From an uncultured Verrucomicrobiae bacterium (GTDB lineage Bacteria > Verrucomicrobiota > Verrucomicrobiia > Opitutales > JABDGR01): 64,000 bases of DNA. The translations under genes were made by a program, and so were the position numbers. The number at the start of each line of letters is the position of its first letter. Position 1 is the first letter of the stretch. The notes below the pieces were generated by a model that was not told the origin of the DNA, did no database searches, and was given only the letters and a program-made list of their open reading frames with translations. Positions 52,401-61,774 of the stretch are shown here, one piece after another. The DNA lies in contig CAVXVB010000011.1 in NCBI GenBank assembly GCA_963765205.1, positions 128,001 to 192,000 of the forward strand, read 5' to 3'.

Positions 52401-53266
52401 CCATTCCCGCATGGGGCACTTCGGCGCCAATTAATCTGGCTCCCGCCCTGCCCGGGTCGAACCGCGTGGTGGCGGATTTGGGCGGCGGCCAAAGCGTCGA
52501 GGGCATCGTCACCAATTGGAAACTCGCCGCGGATTCCGCCAAGGTTCATTTCGAGCCGGTGGACCTCGCGTCATTCTTCAATGACCGCGTCACCCAGATT
52601 TTCAAGAACCAGTATCTGGCGCCGCGCTCGCCCTATCCCTCGCTCTCCATTCCCTTGCAAGGCTTCGGCACTTGGACGAATTTCACGGTCACTTTCAATG
52701 TGGACGACCGCGGGCTGCGCGCCGCCGCCGCCCAAGGCGGGGGCACCTACACGCTTCCCGATCAGGGCGTGCCTTTTCGCACCACCGGCGACTCCGCCGG
52801 CAAAAACATCCTGTTCACCTCGCAATGGGACAATTACCCGCGCGTGGCGGGCGTGCCACTCACCGGCCAAGCCTCGCACCTTTATCTGCTCATGGCCGGC
52901 TCGACCAACCCCATGCAGAGCCGGATGGACAACGGCGAGGTCATTGTCGCCTACGCCGACGGCTCCCTCGCCCGCTTGGCGCTCGAAAACCCGACCACCT
53001 GGTGGCCGATTGACCAGGATTATTTCATTGATGATTACGCCTTTGCCCGGCCCGGGCCGATTCCGCCGCGCGTGGACTTGGCCACTGGTCTTGAACGCAC
53101 CCTCGACCAGCGTGAGTTCAAGGGTCGCGGCGGCCGCGTCAACGGCGGCGCCGCCACCGTGCTCGACCTCCCGCTTGATCCGTCGAAGGAATTGAAATCA
53201 CTCACCCTCCGCACGCTCTCCAACGACGTCGTCATCGGCCTCATGGCCGCCACGCTCGTGCGCTAG
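49445..53266 (+). CDS. DUF4450-like large secreted putative glycoside hydrolase
   Basis: LRYTPEGTDFVI..FNRPLY..DKPEFALY, HGAVAWR..GWRGAY, WASD and GSTNPMQSR resemble the DUF4450 family as recalled. Confidence 0.75.
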   Translation: MACLRTYPRLVLALIALLSVPPTRAATPILQDNIDRPLRYTPEGTDFVISNGAEFFNRPLYTNTAFRVDGGDKPEFALYLPGRGGNLRLGLLTAAGGKWLNDAAQVVTRYRSGSLVYEISDPLLGEQGKLNITAMVLPTGQGLIVRVDTVNAPAVTLVWAYGGANGVEGKRGGDIGTESQPVSRFFQLDPANCRGDAFAINGSVFTLQFHANGARTGVTTNISGVAPPDAKLVVADASQWNSFMGLLSTANTPGNAPVLTGQTPLAPDAPVYLALQRMSQPGENTSAELPVYVEAGGAPPTDTAAAPANPVVPLTYADLPQIFDAAEARRQSIAGRVTADTPDPYINAAMAALCVAADGIWDEPSGVFEHGAVAWRSRLLGWRGAYSGDALGWFDREVSHLTYWASRQNAKNFAQPPPPDPASNYSRDEAALHSNGDMSNSHYDMDMISMDELMRHLLWTGDLDFARQEWPVIQRYLAWEQRLFRRPFDGGLPLYEAYAAIWASDDLEYGGGGATHSSAFNYFHNLMAARLARLLCEDPTPYQHEADLIRQGMRANLWLADRGWYAEYKDLLGLQRTHPAAALWTFYHAIDEQAATPLEAWQMTRYVDTQIAHIPIRGPGVPEGYYALATSNWMPYTWSLNNVVMGESAHTALAYWEANRDDEAYKILKGCLLDSMYLGLCPGDVGTMTYYDAYRGESQRDFGDDIGALSRAMVEGLFGVRPDALAGELVLRPGLPAAWDHASFHHPSLDYTYHADGPVQIPHTVERSVDTGDARGTVVMQRETTSLPGFAETYSVTLRFPKPMALRLQAVARRSDIASVTVNGQPAAWKALDDSVGTPRIEIACPPAEHYDINIVWTGDVLATPAAPVVAVAGRDFVVPLGLAHVREINDPQGAINNFGATASAVTATAVGAPGFHTAFLKLQQGALTWTAPLTFEIRPALELLPAETQEPGQLTFSVRNNNSTAFAGNVAMHSQGGEELKMALSIPAWGTSAPINLAPALPGSNRVVADLGGGQSVEGIVTNWKLAADSAKVHFEPVDLASFFNDRVTQIFKNQYLAPRSPYPSLSIPLQGFGTWTNFTVTFNVDDRGLRAAAAQGGGTYTLPDQGVPFRTTGDSAGKNILFTSQWDNYPRVAGVPLTGQASHLYLLMAGSTNPMQSRMDNGEVIVAYADGSLARLALENPTTWWPIDQDYFIDDYAFARPGPIPPRVDLATGLERTLDQREFKGRGGRVNGGAATVLDLPLDPSKELKSLTLRTLSNDVVIGLMAATLVR

Positions 53267-55554
53267 TTCGCTGCGGTGGCTTTACTGGCTGGCGAAGCAT
53301 TGGTGATGACGACCAACTTTGTTTCCCACGGCCCAATTTTCAAGGGCAGCACGGATTTTCCGCCGGCGAAAGTCGCGCTGGAGAGCGTTTCGATTTTGCC
53401 CGTGCGGCCATCCCAGACTTGCGCTTCCTGCGCGGTGCCGTTCGTGGCGACGGTGGCTTTGAGGTCCAGCGGGTCGCCGCCTTCGTTAAAGAAGAAATAC
53501 ACGTCGGCGTCCTTGAGCTGGCGGTGGTTGTATTTCAGCCATGTCGTGGCCTGGTCCACGGCGACATCCGGCTCCGGCAACTCGGCGAGCAGCTTGGGTG
53601 TGACGGCCACTTGATTCTCCAAGATGGCCCAACTGATGTCCGCCGGCCCGGTGGCGGCAAGGAAATTTTTGTCTACGACGAGTTTCGGCGCGTGGCCGAG
53701 GAAGATAACCTTGCCGCCGGCTTGCGCGAAGGCGCGCAGATTATCCAGCGCGGCCTTCGACATTGCGTCCACCGGCGGCACCACCATGGCGCGGTAGGCC
53801 TGGTTGCTGGCATTGATGAGCGCGCCACCCTGCAACTTCAGTCCAGACGAGAGCGCGCCTTCATCCACAAAGTCCACATCGCGCTGGTGTTGCAGCAATT
53901 GGTGGACGATGGCCAGAAAATCCGTGTTCGCCTGCGTGTCGTTGAACCAAAAGCTGCTGGACGGAATATACACGCCGATTTGCGCGGCGGGCCGGCCTTG
54001 CGTGAGCACATAGGTGATGCGGTTGACATAGGCGACCTCGCCGGGAAAGTTGGGGTCATTCAGGTAGCGGTAGCCCGCGGGGGCCGCGTCGGGGGTGAAA
54101 TCGGGCGCGCCCACCGCGGGGACCGCATTTGCCACCGCCCCCGCCGCCGGGGCCGCGCCCCCGCCGCCCCCCGTGAGGCCCATGGACATATATTCAAAAT
54201 GATTGATGCCCAGCACCATCTGATGATTGAGAATCCAGTTCACCTCTCCTAAATTTGGCGTGGGATAGGCGCCACTCATCGCGGCGAACGACTCGCTCAT
54301 GGATTGCGGGTGGCCGCCTAAATGGGACGCGGATGAAGCGAGCTTGGGAAAATCGGCGACCACATCGTGCCAGACCTGGTGCCAGATCACGTCAATGCCG
54401 GGCACCTGGATGTTGGTCATGCACTTGTAGAAATCGCCGTCGGCGCTGGCCAGTTGCGGCAAAATCTCCTCGTGCTCGATGTGCATCTGCATCTCCATGC
54501 CGTTGGCCGCGCACCAGTTCGACTCGGTTTGGAAAAAGTTCTGGCCAAACAAATCCGACCACACGTCGCAGTAATCGGCGTAGGCGCGGTGCGCGATGTC
54601 GAGGCTGATGTCCGGCGCCGTCGCGCCGCCGCGCCGGCCCCCGCCGCCGCCAATCTGGATGGCGGAGATAACCGGTAAAAAGGGCCGGATGTCGTAACCC
54701 TTGCGTTTTTGAAATTCGGCGGGAAAGTTTGGCGTCCATGGGTTGAAGCCAAACGCCGGCTCGTCGCCGCGGAAGCCCAGGAGGGTTTTGCCAAGTTCGT
54801 CACCGGCGGCTGTTTTATACGGATCGAAGACCCACTCGACAAACTGTTTGTCCGCGGCGGGGTCGAGGAAGTCCATCAGTGATTGCTCGGTGGTCTTTTG
54901 TCCGTCGGAATTAGTGGCCGAGCGGGTCGGGCCGGATTTGTAATCCCAGTGCGGCAAGGCGACCGACCAATGGCCCGCCGGCGCGGTCCAGTTGATCTGG
55001 CCGTCCTTGGCTTCCAGCAATTGCGAAGCGCCGGTGTCGAGATTGTAGGCGATGGCGCAAATCGTCTTGTCGTCGAGCTGGCGGGAAAAGTTCTGGCCGC
55101 CTTCGACGGGCACGCGCTCATAACTGCCCAGCGCTTTCATTTTCAGGTCGGGACGTTCGAGGGTAAATTTGCCTCCCGCGAAGCCGGTTGGGTAGCCCCC
55201 CTCGTCGTCAAACCACAGATACATGTTGCGCTTCTTCGCCTCCTCCACCGCGACTTTCACCAAGGCAAAATAACCGGGGGAGAGATACGGCGCCGTCGTG
55301 CTCCGGCCCGGCATGAGGTAAGCCACATGGATGTTCATTGCCAGCAGCTTGTCCAGGCCGTGCCCAATGGCCACGGGGTCGGCGCTGCCGCCGATGCCAC
55401 ACGCGACTTGCGAACTATAGATCGGTGGCGGCGTGGCGAAATTCGCCGCCACTTCCGCGGCCAGCGGGGCGGAAATTTTCTGCCAGGGCTTGTCTTGCGC
55501 GGATGCCGTGGCGACGCCCAGCAACGGGAGGAGGATTTTAGCGAGAGTTTTCAT
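53263..55554 (-). CDS. GH106-like (alpha-L-rhamnosidase-like) glycoside hydrolase
   Basis: Signal peptide, WFDDEGGYPTGFAGG, GFRGDEP, VPGIDVIW and SESFAA. Confidence 0.75.
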   Translation of the reverse strand: MKTLAKILLPLLGVATASAQDKPWQKISAPLAAEVAANFATPPPIYSSQVACGIGGSADPVAIGHGLDKLLAMNIHVAYLMPGRSTTAPYLSPGYFALVKVAVEEAKKRNMYLWFDDEGGYPTGFAGGKFTLERPDLKMKALGSYERVPVEGGQNFSRQLDDKTICAIAYNLDTGASQLLEAKDGQINWTAPAGHWSVALPHWDYKSGPTRSATNSDGQKTTEQSLMDFLDPAADKQFVEWVFDPYKTAAGDELGKTLLGFRGDEPAFGFNPWTPNFPAEFQKRKGYDIRPFLPVISAIQIGGGGGRRGGATAPDISLDIAHRAYADYCDVWSDLFGQNFFQTESNWCAANGMEMQMHIEHEEILPQLASADGDFYKCMTNIQVPGIDVIWHQVWHDVVADFPKLASSASHLGGHPQSMSESFAAMSGAYPTPNLGEVNWILNHQMVLGINHFEYMSMGLTGGGGGAAPAAGAVANAVPAVGAPDFTPDAAPAGYRYLNDPNFPGEVAYVNRITYVLTQGRPAAQIGVYIPSSSFWFNDTQANTDFLAIVHQLLQHQRDVDFVDEGALSSGLKLQGGALINASNQAYRAMVVPPVDAMSKAALDNLRAFAQAGGKVIFLGHAPKLVVDKNFLAATGPADISWAILENQVAVTPKLLAELPEPDVAVDQATTWLKYNHRQLKDADVYFFFNEGGDPLDLKATVATNGTAQEAQVWDGRTGKIETLSSATFAGGKSVLPLKIGPWETKLVVITNASPASKATAAN

Positions 55555-55594
55555 CGGGGTAAAAAACGCCTTCGGACGGATCAAATTCCTCTAT

Positions 55595-57004
55595 TTAGAG
55601 CGGTCCGGGGCCGGGATTGCCGGCGGGAACGCCGGTGGTTGCGTCGGAGTTGGGCGCCGCCGCGCCGCCCGCGCGCCCGCCCTGGCCGCCGGCACCCCCG
55701 CGGCCACCACCCGGGCTGGGCGGAATGTCCACCGATTCCACGGGATCCGGGTGCGCGGGGTCGAAATCCTTGAAGTCATCCACAATATATTTCGCGAGGT
55801 CGAGGTTGTTTTGCTTGATGCCCATGACCACGCACTTGGTCAGTTCATAGCCGCCGTAGATTACCGTGTGCGTGCCATCGCCGGAAATTATTTTGGCATT
55901 GGCGGGCCCCATGGCGGTGTAAAAAGTTGCGCTCATGGCGTTCAGGTCAATCAATGCCACGTTTTCATCCTTCGCGACTTCACGCATCGCGGCGGGATAG
56001 CCACCGTGTGAGTTGGTGTTTTGACCCGCGGCGTTGAAGCTGACGCGGTTCATCGAGGTCACCAGCACGGGCGTCGCGCCGCGCCGCCGCGCCTCGGCGA
56101 TATAGACTTCGAGGTAGGCCTTGTAGGTTGTCTCGGGTTCCACATAAGTCTGGGGCCAACTGGCCTTTGAGTCATTGTGCGCGAACTGAATGAACAGATA
56201 ATCACCCTTTTTCATCTGGCTCAAAATTTTGTCGAGCCGCAGCGCATTGGCGAAGGACTTCAGCGTTTCACCCGATTGCGCCTGGTTCGAGACGGCGACG
56301 CCGGGCTTGAAAAACCGCGAAAGCAACTGCCCCCAACTGATGTCCGGCCCGTTGTCCCGGTCGGTGACGGTCGAGTCGCTGGCCAGGAAAACTGTCGGCG
56401 CATCCGGCGCCGAGCTGATTTCTATGCTGCGCAACGCGGCGCGCGGGCTGTTGATTTCAATGGTCAGCCGGTCGTCCCAGTCGCGCGCGTTGGCCGCGTC
56501 GAATTGGTCTTCGCGCACCATGTTCCCGCCGGGCGCATTGGCGGGCACGGGCGGCAGTTGCGGCGTGCGGACGTTGGTGGTGAAGGTGCGCGCGACGGTT
56601 TGTCCGGCGGGCACTCCCACTTTTTCTGCCATCAGACGGCCCGACTCGGCCTTGAGGGTGGTGGTGGTCGTGTTCGCGGAATCGCCCAACGTCACTGTCA
56701 CATTATAATTGCCCTCGGGGACCTTGGCCGAGAACAGGAAAGGCCGCTCGCTCGTCGTCGTGTTGCCATTGTCGCCGGTGGCCACTTGCGCGCCTGGTTC
56801 GTAGCCGTAGCCGGTATCCGCTGAATAAACCGCGGTGGGCGCGACTTTGGTAAAGCCGGCCTGGGCTGGGTCGGTGCTGAAGTCGAATTTAAGTTCCACC
56901 GGGGCGGGCGGAGCCGCGGCCGCTCCGCGCGCGCCGAAGACTGGTCCGGCGGCGAAGAGGGAAATTCCAACAACAGCGCAAACAAAACGAGGGGTGGCTT
57001 TCAT
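55595..57004 (-). CDS. Rhamnogalacturonan acetylesterase (CE12, SGNH)
   Basis: FLASDSTV, SWGQ, FIQFAHND and DGTH, plus an N-terminal galactose-binding-like domain. Confidence 0.88.
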   Translation of the reverse strand: MKATPRFVCAVVGISLFAAGPVFGARGAAAAPPAPVELKFDFSTDPAQAGFTKVAPTAVYSADTGYGYEPGAQVATGDNGNTTTSERPFLFSAKVPEGNYNVTVTLGDSANTTTTTLKAESGRLMAEKVGVPAGQTVARTFTTNVRTPQLPPVPANAPGGNMVREDQFDAANARDWDDRLTIEINSPRAALRSIEISSAPDAPTVFLASDSTVTDRDNGPDISWGQLLSRFFKPGVAVSNQAQSGETLKSFANALRLDKILSQMKKGDYLFIQFAHNDSKASWPQTYVEPETTYKAYLEVYIAEARRRGATPVLVTSMNRVSFNAAGQNTNSHGGYPAAMREVAKDENVALIDLNAMSATFYTAMGPANAKIISGDGTHTVIYGGYELTKCVVMGIKQNNLDLAKYIVDDFKDFDPAHPDPVESVDIPPSPGGGRGGAGGQGGRAGGAAAPNSDATTGVPAGNPGPGPL

Positions 57005-57112
57005 GGGAGATTTACCGCGGGGTTAAAACGGGAAAAAACCAGGACAGGGGCGGATTGCATCTAATAGCGAATCCATCCGGCAATCCACCCTTTTTTTGCG
57101 GGCTTTCCACGC

Positions 57113-57673
57113 CTATAACATGAAGGGAATAATTGCCTTGGTGCGCCGCCGGTATTCCGGGTAGGCTTGCGGAAATGTTTTCATCATGAAGCCTTCCTCG
57201 ATTTTCGATTTGAAATGCAAGCCGATGACGATCAGCGCATAAAACGCCAGATAGCCCAGCCGCCCTCCGGCCAGCACCAGTGAGCCGAGCAAAGCCAGCA
57301 GGATACCCGTGTAAATCGGATGCCGCACGAACCGGTAGGGGCCGGAGGTAATCAACTCGTGCCCTTCCTTGATGGCAGGGTTGGCGCTCCAGTTCGTGCC
57401 CAGTATCCGCCGCGCCCAGATCGCCAGCGCCACGCCTGCGGCACAACACCCGACGCCCGCGATTTGCACGGCGTCGTTGCGCGGCACGATTTGAATTTGC
57501 GGCCAGCCGCGCGCCCGGACCAGCACGACCCAAAGCATGATGAACACGAAAAAACCCGCCAGCCGCCGGCTGGGATCGGCCCGCTGGATGGTCTTCTTGT
57601 TGCCCGCCCAGTTGACCAGCCAGTAGGCAATGAAGATCATCCAAAGCACGAAATGAATTTCGCCGTAATTCAT
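57113..57673 (-). CDS. Isoprenylcysteine carboxyl methyltransferase (ICMT/PEMT) family membrane protein
   Basis: LGTNWS..HELITSGPYRFVRHPIYTG..EE..YPEYRRRT. Confidence 0.88.
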   Translation of the reverse strand: MNYGEIHFVLWMIFIAYWLVNWAGNKKTIQRADPSRRLAGFFVFIMLWVVLVRARGWPQIQIVPRNDAVQIAGVGCCAAGVALAIWARRILGTNWSANPAIKEGHELITSGPYRFVRHPIYTGILLALLGSLVLAGGRLGYLAFYALIVIGLHFKSKIEEGFMMKTFPQAYPEYRRRTKAIIPFML

Positions 57674-57687
57674 GGCCGTTGGGATTT

Positions 57688-59097
57688 TCAGAGCATGAGC
57701 ACGGCCTCGTCGCGCGCGGGGTGCGCCGCTTCGCCGGTGAATTTACGCAGCGTCAGGTCCGTCACGTCCTCCGCTTCCAGCGCGTAGGTGAAATAATCCG
57801 GCGCGAGCGCACCCCATTGCGCCCGGCACCGTTTCAGAGTCACCTTGTCCGCCTCCCGGATGCTGAAGGCGGGCGTGCCGCGCGGCTCCAGGGCGATCCC
57901 CGCGGTCGTCGGGCGGTTGTCGAACATGCCGCCGGGATACGGCGTCCAGCGGTCGAGGGTCAAATCCATATTCTCCAGGGTGATATCATGCGGACGGCTT
58001 TGGGCGCAGCCCTGCACGCGCCCGCTGTTCTCCGCGCGCCCGCGGAAATTTTGCAGGCGCACGTCATGCACGCTCCCGAGCTTCGTTTCCGGCGTGCGCG
58101 GCAGCGCGGTGATCGAGAACGCCTCGCCCCGGCCCCACCACGGCGGCGAATGGAACCGCGACGAAAACGTAATGTCGCGCACGCGGATGTTGTAAACGTT
58201 GCCCTCGTCGCGCAGTTGGATGTTGAAGCTGCGGCACGACGAGCGGATGGCGCAGCGCTCGATCCGCACATTGTGGATGTCCTGCGTCGTCTCTGTGCCG
58301 ATTTTCAGCGCCGAGTCCTGCGTCTCGAACACGCAGTCCTTGACCACGATGCGCGTGCACGGCCCGAAATCAATCGGCTGGCGCGTGGCCTTGATGACCA
58401 CGCCGTCGTCGCCGCACACGATGTCGCAATTTTTAATTTCCACGTCGCGGCAATGGTCGGGGCCGATGCCGTCGCAATTGGGCAGGTCGAGGTCGTTGCG
58501 GATTTTGAGGCCGTCCACCAGCACTTGCTCGCAGCCGAGCAGATGCAGGCCCCAGGCCGGCGCGGAGCCAAAGGTGAAGTCACAAATTTCCAACCCGTGG
58601 CAGGCGATGAACTCGAACAGCCGCGGGCGGAACTGCTTGGGCCGCCACCATTCGTCCACCGGGTCGAACCGGTGCATGAATTCCTGGCCGCGCCCGTTGA
58701 TGCGGCCCGTGCCGCTCAGGCGCAGCCCGTCGGCGCCCTCGGCGCGGAGGAAGGCCTTGGCGCTCGTGTAGTCGGAGCGGCGCGTGCTGATGAACAGTTC
58801 CGCGTCGTCGGCCAAATGAAAATCAATCCCGCCCTTCAATTCGAGGCTGCCGAGCAGGTAGCGTTTCCCGCCGCGCACCAGCACGCGCGCATGGCCGGCC
58901 GCGGCGGCGGCGTCAATTGCCGCCTGGAACGCCGCCGTGTCCAGCGTCCGGCCATCGCCTTTCGCGCCGAACGCGCGCACGTCAAAATCGCGCGGCTTGG
59001 TGCGCGTGCGCCGGGCGGGTGCGGCGCCCTGGGCCATGGCGGCCAGCCGGGCCTCCAGTTCGTGGGCGCGGCGGCGGGAGATGCGCGGGGCTTTCAT
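57688..59097 (-). CDS. GH28 family glycoside hydrolase; no clear signal peptide
   Basis: FGAKGDGRTLDTAAFQAAID, PNCDGIGPD, GDDGVVIK and LKIGTET. Confidence 0.88.
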   Translation of the reverse strand: MKAPRISRRRAHELEARLAAMAQGAAPARRTRTKPRDFDVRAFGAKGDGRTLDTAAFQAAIDAAAAAGHARVLVRGGKRYLLGSLELKGGIDFHLADDAELFISTRRSDYTSAKAFLRAEGADGLRLSGTGRINGRGQEFMHRFDPVDEWWRPKQFRPRLFEFIACHGLEICDFTFGSAPAWGLHLLGCEQVLVDGLKIRNDLDLPNCDGIGPDHCRDVEIKNCDIVCGDDGVVIKATRQPIDFGPCTRIVVKDCVFETQDSALKIGTETTQDIHNVRIERCAIRSSCRSFNIQLRDEGNVYNIRVRDITFSSRFHSPPWWGRGEAFSITALPRTPETKLGSVHDVRLQNFRGRAENSGRVQGCAQSRPHDITLENMDLTLDRWTPYPGGMFDNRPTTAGIALEPRGTPAFSIREADKVTLKRCRAQWGALAPDYFTYALEAEDVTDLTLRKFTGEAAHPARDEAVLML

Positions 59098-59151
59098 CGG
59101 TGGCAAAGCGACGAGTAAAGCTCGCCCTTTGACCCTGGGGCAACCAAAAAT

Positions 59152-59254
59152 GAGTGTGAAGCGTGAAACGTGAAGTATGGAGTGGGGAATGTAGAATTGA
59201 CAGCAACTCCAATTTGCTGCTTTGAACTCCACACTCCACACTTCACACTCCACG
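59152..59254. repeat. Intergenic heptamer palindrome (GTGRAGY family)
   Basis: GAGTGTGAAGCGTGAAACGTGAAGTATGGAGT ... AACTCCACACTCCACACTTCACACTCCACG. Confidence 0.85.
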
Positions 59255-59260
59255 CTACCC

Positions 59261-59761
59261 ATGGCCATCTTCGGCTCCCTTGCCACCGTCCGCGCGCAAT
59301 TAATCCGCCGCTCCGTTTTCGACCTGAGCTTCGCCTACCTCGACGATGCGCTGCGCCTTGGCACCGCGGCGCACCAGCGCATCCTCGGCGTCGGCTTGGG
59401 TGAAACCAACCGCGTCGAGCTAGGCGAGGGCGCATTCGCGCTCGAACAGGCCTATAACTCCAAGCCCCGCGCCGAGGGCCGGCTCGAATCCCACCTCAAG
59501 TATATTGACATCCAAGTGCTCGTCGCCGGCGAGGAATTCATCGAAGTCGCGGAGATTTCCACGCTCGCCGTCTCCGAAAATTTGACGCCCGCCAAAGATT
59601 TGATCTTCTACCGCGACACCCGCGCGACCTCCCCGCTGCGCCTGAGCGGCCCCGGCGCGACCGCCGTCTTCTTCCCGCCCGACGGCCACATGGGCGGCCT
59701 TGCTATCTCCACCCCCGCGCTCGTGCGCAAAATCGTCATCAAGGTGCCGGTGGAAAGTTAA
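59261..59761 (+). CDS. YhcH/YjgK/YiaL (NanQ/TabA-like) protein
   Basis: LESHLKYIDIQV..GEE, FFPPDGH and RKIVIKV. Confidence 0.88.
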   Translation: MAIFGSLATVRAQLIRRSVFDLSFAYLDDALRLGTAAHQRILGVGLGETNRVELGEGAFALEQAYNSKPRAEGRLESHLKYIDIQVLVAGEEFIEVAEISTLAVSENLTPAKDLIFYRDTRATSPLRLSGPGATAVFFPPDGHMGGLAISTPALVRKIVIKVPVES

Positions 59762-59767
59762 GGATTC

Positions 59768-59836
59768 AACCACGGCGGACACGGAGGGAAATCAACCCGA
59801 AACCCGAAACTACCTTTCTCCGTGCGCTCCGTGGTT
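59768..59836. repeat. Intergenic palindrome of 9-nt units (CACGGMGNN)
   Basis: AACCACGGCGGACACGGAG ... CTCCGTGCGCTCCGTGGTT. A single arm also occurs at ~38527-38547. Confidence 0.85.
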
Positions 59837-60849
59837 CAAACCTCTTCCACCTCGCCCGCGCGCGACATCCCGCGATACAGAAAATACGACCCAACCACGA
59901 GGACGAAGGCGAGACCCTGGCCGATGATGCTCTCAACATTCGGGAAAAATCCGAACCACAAGCCCGCCCAGTCCGGCACTTTTGGCGCCAGCCACGCAAT
60001 ATTGTGCGTGCCCAGCCAGTTCGCCTGCTGCATTTCCTGCACTTGCTCGCCGACCATCACCAGCAGCACCATCCCGAGCATGATCCCCGTCAGCACCAGC
60101 ATCTTGCGGTAGGGCAGCTTGCGGTGCGCGATAAAGTTGAGCACCGCGACAATCGCCGTGAAGAACAGCCCGGCCGCCAGCCCGGCCATCACCATCGCCG
60201 TGCCCATCTTCAGGCGGTAACCCTGCAAAAACAGCACGACCTCGAACCCTTCCCGGTAGAACGACGTGAAGCCCACCAGCCCGAGGCCCCACAGCATTTT
60301 CGCGCGCGAGCCGTCCGTTTCGTTCGCCTCGGTGATGAATTCGCGTTTTTTTCGATTGTGCAGCGAAATCCACCCGCCCCAATAAATTTTGTGGAAAAAC
60401 CAGTTCATCACCACCAGCAGCACCACCACCGCCAGCAGCCCCGTCGCCGCCTGCAAATTCAACGCCGTCACGCTGCCCGACAAATCGCGCAAGATTCCCA
60501 CCGCCACAAACCAGGTGACCACCGTCGCCACAAACCCCGCGCCCGCGCCCTGCGCGATGGGCTTGCGGAAGGCCTGCTTCGCCCCGCTCATGTTCGCCAT
60601 GATCGCCGACAGCACGAGGATGCACTCCAAACCCTCGCGGAAGACCAGCACGGCAATGTCGAGAATGGCCGAAGCGCGCCCAGTGTTCGCCACCGTCGGG
60701 TCGGGCGCGCCATGCGCGGTTACGCCCTGCCAGGTCAGCACGGCGATGATCAACGCCGCCGCGACCCCCAGTAATACCCGCACCACCACCCGCCGCGCCT
60801 TGGAAGGCGCCGCCGGGGCTTCGATCACGGGATTGAGGGCTGATTTCAT
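59836..60849 (-). CDS. FTR1/EfeU-family iron permease
   Basis: Two RExxE motifs (FREGLEC, YREGFEV) in a multi-TM protein. Confidence 0.92.
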   Translation of the reverse strand: MKSALNPVIEAPAAPSKARRVVVRVLLGVAAALIIAVLTWQGVTAHGAPDPTVANTGRASAILDIAVLVFREGLECILVLSAIMANMSGAKQAFRKPIAQGAGAGFVATVVTWFVAVGILRDLSGSVTALNLQAATGLLAVVVLLVVMNWFFHKIYWGGWISLHNRKKREFITEANETDGSRAKMLWGLGLVGFTSFYREGFEVVLFLQGYRLKMGTAMVMAGLAAGLFFTAIVAVLNFIAHRKLPYRKMLVLTGIMLGMVLLVMVGEQVQEMQQANWLGTHNIAWLAPKVPDWAGLWFGFFPNVESIIGQGLAFVLVVGSYFLYRGMSRAGEVEEV

Positions 60850-60913
60850 GGGGGTAACGTCAGCGCCAGACTGGCTTAGACCAACTCTGAATTGTTTTTG
60901 GATTGAGGATTGG

Positions 60914-61072
60914 CCGTCCCGGGGAGCGCGGGCGTCCCGCCCGCCGTCCTTGGCGTCTCGCCGAGGACATCTTCGAGTGTTGGACGTGTGCTCGGCATCG
61001 TAGGCAATCGCAAAGCAGCGGTCGGCGAGACGCCGACCGCCGCGACCGGGACGGTCGCGCTCCCCGGGACGG
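60914..61072. repeat. REP doublet (REPIN-like miniature element)
   Basis: Perfect 17-bp terminal IR CCGTCCCGGGGAGCGCG with internal hairpins GCGGGCGTCCCGCCCGC and GGCGTCTCGCC. Confidence 0.85.
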
Positions 61073-61774
61073 AAGAAGCGCGCCTACTCGGACCATACGC
61101 TCCATTGAGATGCGGCCTAAATTCATTTGCTAAGTGGTATTACAAAGGGGAAAGTTATGAAAAGGAGACTCGTTCTCAATAACTAAGGTTCAGAATTGCG
61201 ACTGTTTAGATAAGGCGCAACACAAAAATTTAAGCGAATTGGAGGGGGGAGGGATACCGGCCTGACGCCAGCTTGGGCAGTCGCATCCCTGCCGATTTCG
61301 ACCGGGCCATGGCGGATGAACCGCCGGGTATGCGGGTGGTTCACCGGGACAAGTCCCGCCGCAGCGGGATTGGGGTGTTCAGTCAGAAGTAGGCGATCTT
61401 CGCATTTGAAAATAGAATAGGTTCCTAGCCGAGCAGCTGCCCAGTGACGCAAAATAATGTCACGGATCTGGCTCGGGCTTGGCCGAGTCCCGCGACCGCG
61501 GGATGGCATGTGATACTTCCGATGCCATGGTTGGCTCGTGGGTTCATTTCCGGTTCCAGCCCGTCGTAGGTGTGGGCTTCGCTCCGCCCACCCAATCCCT
61601 ACTAAACTAATTATGGTATTAAGGTGCAGCCTGACCCTGTCCGGGCCTTCCTGTCCGGGCCTTCCGCACAATCGGCCCGCGTCTTCCCAACCCGTAAGTA
61701 ACTGTGCGGCTGGCCGCTGGCGTGCCCTTGGCTATCGGTTGGCCGGTGGGGGTATTTACGTGACCCTTCCGCTG

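Noticed and set aside
261..59836. Short-unit repeat tracts as CRISPR arrays
   Set aside because: Units are 7-9 nt in tandem, form inverted arms, lack a regular repeat-spacer series, and no cas genes are present.
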